Below the pieces are notes generated by a model. The model saw only the letters and a list, made by a program, of their open reading frames with translations, did no database searches and had not been told where the DNA came from. From contig NC_043007.1 of assembly GCF_006345805.1 (NCBI RefSeq), positions 5,952,001-6,016,000 of the forward strand: a DNA stretch of 64,000 bases, given 5' to 3'. Below, one piece after another: positions 26,233 to 37,204 of this stretch; the stretch's first letter is position 1; every line of letters starts with the position of its first letter. Source of the DNA: Octopus sinensis. Taxonomy: Eukaryota. Both the position numbers and the translations under genes were made by a program.

Positions 26233-26603
26233 AATACTAAGTAATTAAGGGTTTAGCAACGATTTGCCTCACCACATACCGAATTTAGAAATAGCAGTCA
26301 AAAGAGTTTTGGGTATTGTAGAGTCCTACGCTGAGGAGGAAAATAATTGGGTAAGACATAATTATTTAATTTTTATGCTTTCCTATTGCTTAATTCCGAA
26401 ACGTACGTCCGTAGGTGACTTAATATAGAATGATTCTCGCCATTTCTTTCTCTTTTGCCTGCGTTGTTTGCCTTTTAAGTGCTATGGTTTTACTGGGATC
26501 TCCCCTTTAAGTAGAAAGAATACCCACAACTCTTTTGACTGGTATTTCTAAATTCGTGTGTGGTTGAGGCAAATCGTTGCTAAACCCTTAATTACTTAGT
26601 ATT
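26233..26603. repeat. ~85-bp inverted repeats (26233-26317 / 26519-26603) enclosing a hammerhead
   Basis: AATACTAAGTAATTAAGGGTTTAGCAACGATTTGCCTC...GGGTATT and its reverse complement with few mismatches. Confidence 0.9.
26325..26415 (+). ncRNA. Canonical minimal type I hammerhead ribozyme
   Basis: Helix I CCUACG/CGUAGG; core CUGAGGA; helix II opens GGAA/UUCC; GAAA; helix III palindrome ACGUACGU; GUC cleavage triplet at 26407-26409. Confidence 0.85.
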
Positions 26604-26606
26604 GAC

Positions 26607-26674
<68 letters not shown>

Positions 26675-26690
26675 TATATAATATATATAT
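26607..26690. repeat. (TA)n tract
   Basis: Direct reading. Confidence 0.9.
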
Positions 26691-27003
26691 ATCACGTCAG
26701 GTCGACGATGGGAGAATGGCTTCCCTTTGCAAATAAAGATAAGGCACGTAAGTGTGTCACTACCCAGCTGGAGAAGATGTTCTTCTGGGGCTACACGCTA
26801 CAGGAGCATCCACCCTTAGTGGTTAGCCACATTCAAGTGGCAAATATACTTCACGCTGTTGTGCACCTACTGTTTATACCTCGTTCAGAGATTTAGTATA
26901 TATATATATATATATATAAATGTACATAATATAGCCATTCACTTATTCATGTACACACACACATATAAATATATATACATACATACATACATACATACAT
27001 ACA

Positions 27004-27032
<29 letters not shown>

Positions 27033-27034
<2 letters not shown>

Positions 27035-30000
27035 TTGTTTGGCATCCTTTCTGTCTCGGGAGACAATGGAGTTGCGCATTTTTTTTTCTAGGTCTAGTCC
27101 GGCTGTTATATTTTATTTCCTGTTACATTTCTTGCTGTGGCTGTGTAGTCCTATCCTGGACAAACACTCCCTCTGGCAGGTACTGCAAATGTAGCGAAGA
27201 CTGTTCCTGGCTGATTGTAGTGCCATGGTCTCTTGTTTATGTCTCTTCCTTTCTTTCCATTTCTCCTCTCTCTTTCTGTCACTCCTCTGTAACCCCTCTT
27301 TTACTGTACGTCGCCATTCTCCACGGTTGCCGGCGACTGCCTACCAACCGCTAATGTTGATGTTGCAGGCCTTCATATCCCTTTGGAAACATCCTTGTAA
27401 CGCAAGATCGGTCTACCCACAGACCTAGTACCCCTAGCAAGCTCTCCGTAGAGTATGTCCTTGGGGATTCTGCCATCTTTCATACGGCTAACATGCCCAA
27501 GCCATCTCATACGTCTTTGTGTGAGGAGTGCAAACATGCTTGGTATTCCTGCTTGCCTGAGGACATCTTTGTTGGGGACATGATTCTGCCATTTGATGTG
27601 GAGGATTTTTCGGAGGCAGCGCAGGTGAAAGATGTTTAGGCGACGCTCTTGGCGTGTGTATAGCGTCCAGGTCTCGCTTCCATACAGTAGAGTGCTGAGT
27701 ACACATGCCTCGTAGATCTTCATTTTTGTGGTCTTGGTCAGCTTATTGTTGTCCCAAGTCCGTTTGGAGAGTTGGGCCATCGCAGCAGCTGCCTTGCCAA
27801 TGCGTATATTGAGCTCAGCGTCAAGGGATAGGTTGTAGGTGACGGTAGAGCCCAGATAGGTAAACTTCTCCACTCTTGTAATCTGTGGTCTCCAATATGT
27901 ATTGTTTGGGACGTCCGATGTAGCCTGGCCCATGATGTTGTCTTCTTAAGGCTGATAGCTAAGGCCAAAGTCGTTACATGCTTGCTCAAAACAGTTAATG
28001 AGCCTTTGGAGGGCTTCTTCTGTGTGTGTTACCAGAGCGGCATCATCAGCAAATAACATCTCCTTGATCAGGACGTTTCTGATTTTGGTCTTGGCACGCA
28101 GGCGCGAGAGATTGAACAGTTTCCCGTCACTTCTACTGTGCAGAAACACTCCATCATCTGATGTCTGAAAGGCATGTGACAGCAAGAGTGAGAAGAAGAT
28201 GCCAAACAATGTAGGAGCGAGGACACAGCCTTGCTTTACCCCGTTTTTTTTATTTGGAAGGCGGCTGATGTTGAACCGTTGTGCTGTATGGTGCCTTGCA
28301 TGTCATCATGGAAAGACTTGATGATCCTCAGCAGCTTTGGTGGACATCCGATTTTTTGGAGTCAAAAGCCTTTGTTAGATCAATGAAGGCCATATATAAT
28401 GGCATTGTTAGATCAATGAAGGCCATATATAATGGCATCTTCTGCTCTCTGGACTTCTCCTGAAGTTGGCGTATGGAGAATATCATATCGATAGTTGATC
28501 TGCTTCTTCTAAAGCCACACTGCGATTCCGGATAGATTCGAGAAGCAAGCAGTTGTAGCCTGGCCAGGATAACGCGGGCAAAGGTCTTTCCAACAGTGCT
28601 TAGAAGGGATATACCACGGTAATTGTTACAATCACCACGGTCACCTTTGTTTTTGTAGAGCGTAATGATGTTGGCATCCCGCATATCCTGAGGGACTGTA
28701 CCCTCTTCCCAGCACTGACACAGAAGCTCATGAAGGTGCCGAAGCAGGATGGTGTTTTTGCCGGCTTTTGATGATCTCTGAGGGGATGCCGTCTTTTCCC
28801 GGAGCCTTATTTCTTGCTAGGGAGTCAACAGCCTTGGTGAGCTCTACTATAGATGGCGGACTGTCAAGTTCGCACATGACTGGCAAGATCTTGACACTCT
28901 CGACTGCAGCCTCAGCCACTGTGGTCTCCCGTGAGTAGAGATCCTGGTAGTGCTCCACCCATCTATCCATTTGCTTGCCTTGATCCCTGATGAGATCTCC
29001 AGTAGTTGATTTCAGAGGGGCTGACTTGGTTGCGGATGGACCGAGGGCCTTCTTCAAACCAGCATACATCCCACGGGTGTCGCCCCTGTCAGCAGCTGAC
29101 TGGATACTCTGACAGATTTCCTGCCAATACCTATTTGCACAGCATCTGGCTGTCAGTTGGGTTTTATTTCGTGCCTTTCTGAGTTCTTCGAGTGACTTGT
29201 AGAAGAGTCCTCTCTCTGTATTGCCCAGAGCTGCACGCTTTGCTTCGATAACTGGCTCCAGCTCTGAGAGCCCAGCATTGAACCAATCTGGGTTTTTGCC
29301 TTTCTCTCATGCCGAAAGTATCCAATGATGTCGTATACAAGGCTTCCCTGATATAGTCCCACCTACTTTCAGCAGAGAGGTTGGGCAGCTACTGAGGGCA
29401 ACCTTTGATAGAAGCAGCAAAACATTTTCGCAGTGTAGGGTCCGAGGTTTCTGGCGGTGTTGATGCGTGGTCGGCCCACTTCTTGGAGCGATGGACTTTT
29501 TTAGGGAGAATCCTCACCCTGCTTCTAATTAGTGAGTGGTCTGTGTCACAATCCGCACTGTGGTAACTGCGGGTCAATAGAGTGGAACTCAGAAAGGATC
29601 TCCGTGTAATGATGAGATCCAGCTGATGCCAGTGGTGAGATCTTGGATGTCTCCAGGATGCCTTGTGGGATGGCTTGCTGGTGAAGAATGTGTTTGTGAT
29701 GCACAGGTTGTGGTATGTGCAGAATTCGAGTAGTCTCTGACCATTGTCATTCATGTTGCCAATACCAAAGTGTCCAACACAATGGGCCACGAATCATGGT
29801 CAGATCCCACGCGAGCGTTAAAATCCCCTAGAAGGTAGATATTTTCAGTCGTTGGTATATTTTCTAGGACACAGTTGAGATCTTTGTAGAACTGGTCCTT
29901 GGTCTCCTCTGAGCTGTAGAGAGTGGAGCATAGATGCTGAGTAGATGTACTGAGCCAGAAGAAGTCGAGAGGCGCAGTGAGAGGATACGCTCAGTGCCTC

Positions 30001-30915
30001 CCGATGGTGGTTCTATTGAGGAGAGTAGTGAGTTTCTCACTGCAAAGCCAACGCCATGTTGACGAGGTTCTTCTGGATCTCTTCCCTGCCAAAAGAAGGT
30101 GAAGTCCTGCTCTTTTGTCTGCCGTTTGAGGGAAGTCTTGTCTCCTGCAGCCCAGCAATATCTATGTTGAGCCTCTTAGTTCACGGTCAATGGTGGCCGT
30201 TTTCCTTGTGTCTTCAATACTGAGAAGATCGTCAGATATTCCAGGACACATGGTCCGACATTCCAGCTGCCAACTGCAGAACTGGTGTTTTCTTGAATTT
30301 TAGTTGCTTGCCTGGTGCAGAGGTTGCAGGCCGCTTTTCGAGTCGTACTCTTAGCTCCAAGCACCCAATGGAACAGGCGGCTTGTGGCGGGTCAGCACCT
30401 TATTAACTGGGGGCTGCCCAGCTTGAGGTGGGCAGTAGCTAACCAATAGGACACGGAAGTCCCTCCCACCGCAGAGGTAACCCGTAGCGTCCATATTTTA
30501 CGCCAATCTGAATGGACTTATCACTCGTAACTGTTACCTCCCGTGTTGTTTCTGCAGCTTTTTACAGCAGCACTGAAGTGTCCTCTCCAGTTTTGCGCAG
30601 GCCTGGGCTATAGATAAGAAAGTCCTGGGTAGCCCAATCGTCAGGTTTCCTCTCTCGACCTTGCTGATGTAGCCAGTGGAGTGCAGTGCATTACGTTTGG
30701 CACCAGCTTGTTGCAGGAGCTGCCGAAAGAGTGTCGAATCGAACACTAGACCGCCTTCGGGGCTCCACTCCGGATTTCATTGAAGGTTGTCTCCTTTCCG
30801 TAACCCTGGATAGGGGCCCATACCGGGTACTGTCAGCCGGAGCCAGCTGAGCCCGGAACTCGTGTCAGGCAGGGTCGTCACTCCCTGAAGTAGTGAAGAA
30901 GTTCGCTACCCACTA
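27033..30915 (-). mobile_element. RTE (BovB-like) LINE, near full-length, frameshifted
   Basis: APE endonuclease (SWNV, IAGLQETRL, GDFNARVG, HQLDLII, DTDHSLI); RT (NYRGISLLS, QCGFR, AFIDLTKAFD, LFADD); C-terminal CSTC..SRIGLHSH; 3' end TCCATTGTCTCCCGAGACAGAAAGGATGCC followed by (ATGT)n; long GC-rich 5' UTR. Confidence 0.92.
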
Positions 30916-31330
30916 CCTTTTCAAGTAATGTTAAATTATTATTACGGTTTTTTTTTTTTCCCTATGTTAAATTTCAACCACAATATTCACCATCATCATC
31001 AGCAGCAGCAGTTTGTAGTAGAAGCAGCAATATCACTAGGAGGGAAGTGGGAAGGGGAGAGAATAGAGAGATATCCGGTATTGGTGGTGGGGGTGGGTTT
31101 GGGCGGCCGCACAGCGAACAGGTCAGCCGGAATTTAGGGAGAATTAACGTAATTCTATAGGTTTTAGCGATGAGATCATTTAAAACTGTCATCCTAACGT
31201 AGTAGAGATGGAGAAAAAAGAAAAAGGAGCAAAAATATTCTTAGCTTGCGTATCGTCATCGTGTGGCAGAATGAAAATAAAATGGCCAGCGAACAGGTCA
31301 GCCGGAATTTAGGGAGAGTTAACGAGAATT

Positions 31331-31334
<4 letters not shown>

Positions 31335-31400
<66 letters not shown>

Positions 31401-31525
31401 CACATACATATATATATATATATAATATATATATATATATATGTATATATATATTATACATACATATATATATATATATATTATATATTATATATAATAT
31501 ATATAATATATATATATATATATAT

Positions 31526-31559
<34 letters not shown>

Positions 31560-31635
31560 AGTGAATGGTGTAATTGAGACCCAAAGGTGTAAGGTAATGC
31601 TGAATAAGTGCTAAGATATATATATATATATATAA
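31335..31635. repeat. Degenerate (TA)n tract
   Basis: Direct reading. Confidence 0.9.
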
Positions 31636-31841
31636 GAGAAATGGTCTAATTGAGACCCAAAGGTGTAAGGTAATGCTGAATAAGTGCTATAGACAGACCA
31701 TAGTTCAGTTCCAGTTTCGGTGATTTTGCGAATAAGGGGTTCAAAGTTTGTCATATGTCAGCGTGTGTATATAAGAATTTTTTGTGTAATGAGATAAAAA
31801 AACCCAAGGCTGTATAGATATTAGAACATTTATAGTTAGAA

Positions 31842-31894
31842 GGTCTTACAGCTGTCTCAAGAATATTAATTAATTATATCCTTTCATCGGAGCC
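31842..31894 (-). ncRNA. Decayed hammerhead motif
   Basis: CCGAUGA-AAGGAUAU/AUAUUCUU-GAGAC-AGCU-GUA-AGAC: two core substitutions; same layout as 54058-54105. Confidence 0.45.
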
Positions 31895-32029
31895 GATATG
31901 AGAGAATGGTTTAGTAATAATTAATTTTGATAGGATTATTAGTGAAAGTCAATTTATAGTCATAATCAAAATGTCATGAAACAACTTGTAGTATATTTAT
32001 AATATATAGTAAGTTAAGAAATATGCCAG

Positions 32030-32430
32030 CATTGTTGTGTGTTTGTATGGTGTGTGTGTGTTGTGTGTGGTGTATGTAAGTGTGTTGTTGGGTAATGTGT
32101 GGTATGTTGTGTGTTGTGTGTAAGGTGGATGTTGTGTATGTGTAGTATGTGCCCGTGTGTTGTGTTTGTGTGTTGTAAGTGTGTTATGTTGGTAATGTGT
32201 TGGTATGTTATGTTGTGGTGTGTTGGTGTGTAAGTGTGTATGTTGGGTATGTGTTGTATGTTGGCGTGTGGTGGGTGTTTGTGTTGTGTTGTGTGTGTGT
32301 GTAAGGTGTGGGTGGTGTGTGTATGTGTGTATGTTGCGGACTCGTGATTTTGTGTGTGTGTGTAAGTGTGTATGTTGTGTATGTGTTGTATAGGTCGTGT
32401 GGTGGTGTGTGTGAGTGTGTGTATGTGTGT

Positions 32431-32465
<35 letters not shown>
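32030..32465. repeat. Degenerate (GT)n tract
   Basis: Direct reading; noisy, like uncorrected long-read sequence. Confidence 0.85.
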
Positions 32466-32466
<1 letters not shown>

Positions 32467-32744
32467 CCTGTGCCTGCGATAATTTTACTTTAGCCCATTT
32501 GCGGTAAATGAATTTCTGTCGGCTTCAACGATGCCTATTCGAGTTGTTCCATCATCAGAAGAGCCAACTCATAGAATGAATGCATAAGTTTTAAATGATC
32601 ATTCTATACACAACTTATACGCTACTTGTACGTGTGATACAGCATGAGACAAAACTGGACGTTTCAATTACTGGTATAATCCATTTAAGGGGCTTCCTCA
32701 CAGTTTCCGTTTTCCCGAAGTTATAGCAAACATATCTTTAATAT

Positions 32745-32815
32745 GCTCGCAGTAGCATCGAACTCGCGTTCTCGTGGTTGCGAAGTGAACTTCTTGACCA
32801 TTCGGCCACGCCACA
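32745..32815 (-). mobile_element. tRNA-derived SINE head
   Basis: GGCGTGGCCGAATGGTC (A box) ... GAGTTCGATGC (B-box-like); no full cloverleaf. Confidence 0.55.
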
Positions 32816-33268
32816 TTAAATATTAATATTTAGGTGATCCGGAAGAGATAAAAGGTAAGATTTAATCCCCGAAGGAATTGAATCATTTCATTTTACAAAA
32901 CTCCCATATTCTATTCAGTCAACGGTTTCTCGATATGAGGATTAACACCTGTTGAGTACACCGTTGAGAGTTACGTCCCTTGGTGATAATCACGTCAGAG
33001 TCACCGCCACATGATGCTGTGGTTTTCTTGCATTCATGTTAAATAAGGCAGTTTTCTCAGCGGCTTCTGGGCCGTTGATTCTGAAATGATTATATTTGAA
33101 ATATGGAAATATATCTTCGTAAATGTGACATGAAGTAATTCCGATAGTCACGAAAGAAAATCAACACAAATTATTAGCAAAACCGGAACAAAATGTATAT
33201 TCAATATATCAGAAACCAGACAGACAGACAGAAGCGAAACAACACACACCACATCCCTCTCTATTCTT

Positions 33269-33303
<35 letters not shown>

Positions 33304-33324
33304 TCTCTCTCTCTCTCTATAATA

Positions 33325-33384
<60 letters not shown>

Positions 33385-33443
33385 TAGTACATATATATAT
33401 ATATATGTACATATATATATATATATATTATATAATATATATA

Positions 33444-33474
<31 letters not shown>

Positions 33475-33989
33475 ATATGTAAGTGTGGTGTGAGTGTGTG
33501 TGTATGATCGATGTTATCTTTTACCTGTTTCACTCATGAGACGGCGACTACGCTGGGGCATCACCTTGAATTTATTTTTCGTCTAGAACCTATTTTTATT
33601 GGTCGAACCGCGAAGTCAGGTGGACGTAAAAACACCCACATCGGTTGTCAAGCGGTGGTGGATGACAAACACACACACACACACACACACACGAACACAC
33701 ACATAAATGTGAGGATGCTGAAATGTTCCTGGCGTTGGGTAAAAGAAAATCAGTTAATTATGATTTTATCCTCTCAGATTCACCCAATCATTGCAGCGGT
33801 CCTTTAGTTTTTCTCAGCCTTGTAAAACATCTCAGAAGTCAGGTTATCCAACGGGGTCTTACTGTACCCCCTCGTATATGCATCCATAAATTTAAATATA
33901 TATATATATATATATATATTTACTCTTTTACTTGTTTCAGTAATTTGATTACGGCCATGCTGGAGCACCACGTTTAGTCGAGCAAATCA

Positions 33990-34170
33990 CCCCTGGACTT
34001 ATTCTTTGTAAGCCTAGTACTTATATACATATAAACGATGGGCTTCTTTCAGTTTCTGTCTACCAAATCCATTCACAAGTCTTTGGTCGGCCCGAGGCTA
34101 CAGTAGAAGACACTGAACCCGGAACCATGTGGTTAGTAAGCAAGCTACTTAGCACACAGCCACTCCTGCG
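33990..34170 (-). mobile_element. tRNA-derived SINE
   Basis: GGCGCAGGAGTGGCTGTGTG..AACCACATGGTTCCGGGTTCA head with A/B boxes. Confidence 0.65.
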
Positions 34171-34178
34171 CCTATTTA

Positions 34179-34390
34179 TGAGGCGGTGAGCTGGCAGAAA
34201 CCTTAGCACGTCGGGCGAAATGCTTAGCAGTAATTCGTCTGTCGTTACGTTCTGAGTTCAAATTCCTTTCATCTATTCGGGGTCGATAAATTAAGTACCA
34301 GTTATGCAATGGGTTCGATGTAATCGACTTAATCCGTTTGTCTGTCCTTGTTTATCCCCTCTATGTTTAGCCCCTTGTGGGCAATAAAGA
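34179..34390 (+). mobile_element. SINE (same family as 54775-55015)
   Basis: GAGGCGGTGAGCTGGCAGAA..GGGCGAAATGCTTAG..GTTCTGAGTTCAAAT..GGGGTCGATAAATTAAGTACCAG. Confidence 0.75.
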
Positions 34391-34489
<99 letters not shown>

Positions 34490-34491
34490 TG

Positions 34492-34525
<34 letters not shown>

Positions 34526-34714
34526 TGTCAAGTAATGCTAAATAAGTGCTTTGGATATACCATAGTATATGGTATATCCAGGTTCGGTATTTATGCGAAA
34601 AAGGGGTCCAACGTGGGCCATATATCAGCGTGTGTATATAAAAAATATATACATAAATACTACGCACTTCTTTCTGTTTCCGTCTACAAAATCCACTCAC
34701 GTGAGCGTATAGGG

Positions 34715-35300
34715 GTTTTTAGGAGCAATTATTTCGACTATTTCACAGGTAATTAACTGAACAGTAAAAAGAAATACAAAAAAAATCTACGCTATATAAA
34801 TCAAAATTGACTCGTCACTTGTGTTAAACGATTAATACAATTTAGAGTTACTTCCCTTAGTATTTATTCGTAAAATCCATCCTTTCATTAATGACTTATA
34901 TGTTAAAGTTAGTTTTGTAAAGAAGTATTAATAGTTATTGCCAAGCTAACATGGCAGTCCAGAAAAGTGACGAATGCTGCCGTTGATTAGCCCCAAGGGG
35001 CCGTCGCCTCTAGCTAGCCATGTGACACAAGAACCAGTGTCCATAATAATCTTCGAACAGGGGAGGTCAGCCGCTCCCCCTTGCTAGTCTGGCAGTCACA
35101 GACTAGGTTCAGGGTATTTGCCCCTTATCAATGTAGAGCAGCCGAACCCAAACGACTAAAAGTGACTCACATTAGAGAATATTCAACGATATTCTCAGGG
35201 GAATCTATTTTCCATCTCATCAAATGCACGGCTTTAAATATCTCCTTTTCGCTAAAATTATAGGAGACTTGTTATAACAGAAATATTCAGAAAATATCTC
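34715..35300 (+). repeat. Dispersed repeat, direct copy of 62690-63030, carrying a ~250-bp insert
   Basis: Shared blocks ATCAAAATTGACTCGTCACTTGTG and GAATCTATTTTCCATCTCATCAAATGCACGGCTTTAAA. Confidence 0.8.
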
Positions 35301-35309
35301 TATAGCATT

Positions 35310-35473
35310 ATGTTTATTATTATTATTATTATTATCATTCTTCTTCTTCTTCTTCTTCTTCTTCTTTTCTCTTCTTCTTCTTCATCTTCTTCTTCTTCAT
35401 TCTTCTTCTTCTTCTTATTCATTCTTCTTCTTCATCTTTCTTGCTCTTCTTCTTTCTTCTTCTCTTTCTTCTT

Positions 35474-35504
<31 letters not shown>

Positions 35505-36188
35505 TTATTATTATTATGTATCATTATTATTATATTATTATTATTATTAGTTATCATTAGTTATTATTATTATATTATTATTATTATTATCATTATTATT
35601 ATGATTATTAGGATATTATCATCATCATTATTATTATTATTATTATTATTATCCGGATATATTATTAGTTATTATTATTATTATTAGGATATCATATCAT
35701 TCATCATCATCATCATTATTATATTATTATTATCATTATTATTAGTAGTATTATATTATTATTATCATTATTATGATGTTTATTATTAGTATTATTATTA
35801 TCATTATATTATTAAGGATTATTATTTATTATATTATTATAAATTATTATTATGATTATTTGATTAGTATCATCATCATGATAATATTATTATATTATTA
35901 TGTCATTATTATTAGTTATTATTAGATTATTATCATCATCATCATCATCAGCATTATTATTATTATGATTATTATTAGTATTATTTATCATTATTATTAT
36001 ATTATTATTATATTATCATTATTATTATTATTATTAATATCATTATTTTTATTATTAGGATTATATCATTATTATCATTATTATTATTATTATGATCATT
36101 TCATTATTATGATTATTATTATTATTATTATTATCATTATTATTATCCTTATTTTATTATCATTATTATCATTATCATCATATGATTA

Positions 36189-36219
<31 letters not shown>

Positions 36220-36589
36220 CATTATTATTATCATTATATTATTATCATTCTTATCATTATTATATATTATATATCATAGTATCAGATTATTATTATTATC
36301 ATTATTATTATTATTATTATTATTATCATTATTATTATTGTTATATTATCATCTTATTATTATTATTATTATTATATTATTATTATTATTATCATTTAGT
36401 ATTATCAGAGTAGTATCATTCATTATTAGTATTATATTATATTATTATTGATATTATTATTATTATCAATTATTATCATTATTATTATTATCATTATTAT
36501 TATTATATCATTATCATTATATTATAGATTTATTTTATTATTATTATCATTTATTATCATTATTATTATTATCATTATTATCATTATCA

Positions 36590-36629
<40 letters not shown>

Positions 36630-37204
36630 GTATCATTATTATTATCATTATTATTATTATCATTATTATCATTAGTATTATTATTATTAATATCATTATT
36701 ATTATTATTATTATTATCATTATTATCATTATTATTATTATCATTATTATATTAGGATTATTTATCATTATTATATTGTTATTATTATCATTATTATTTA
36801 TTATTATTATTATTATTATTATCAGTTATTATTCAGTATTAGTATTATCATTATTATCATTATCATCATTATTATTATTATTATTATTATTATATCATTA
36901 TTATTATTATCATTATTATTATCATTATTATTATTATCATTATTATTATATTATTATTATATATCATATTATTATCATTATTTATTATCATTATTATTAT
37001 TATTATATATTATTATTATGATTATTATTATCATTATTATTATTATTATATTTATTATTATTAATTCATTATTATTATTTATTATTATTATTATTATCAT
37101 CATTATATTATTATTATTATTATATCATCATTATATATGTATTATTATTATTATCATCATATTATTATTATTATTATATTATCATTATTATTATTATTAT
37201 TATT
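35310..37204. repeat. ~1.9-kb (TTC)n then degenerate (ATT/ATC)n array
   Basis: Direct reading; abuts the 3' end of the minus-strand Dong copy. Confidence 0.92.

Noticed and set aside
30700-30915. HDV-like ribozyme in the RTE 5' UTR (GGTAGTG/CACTACT stem)
   Set aside because: Interval too short for P2/P3/L3 and no GG for P1.1; such ribozymes are known in RTEs, but I could not fit one
20427-31689. CRISPR-like arrays from short direct repeats
   Set aside because: Only 2-3 units each, no regular unique spacers, eukaryotic context with no cas genes
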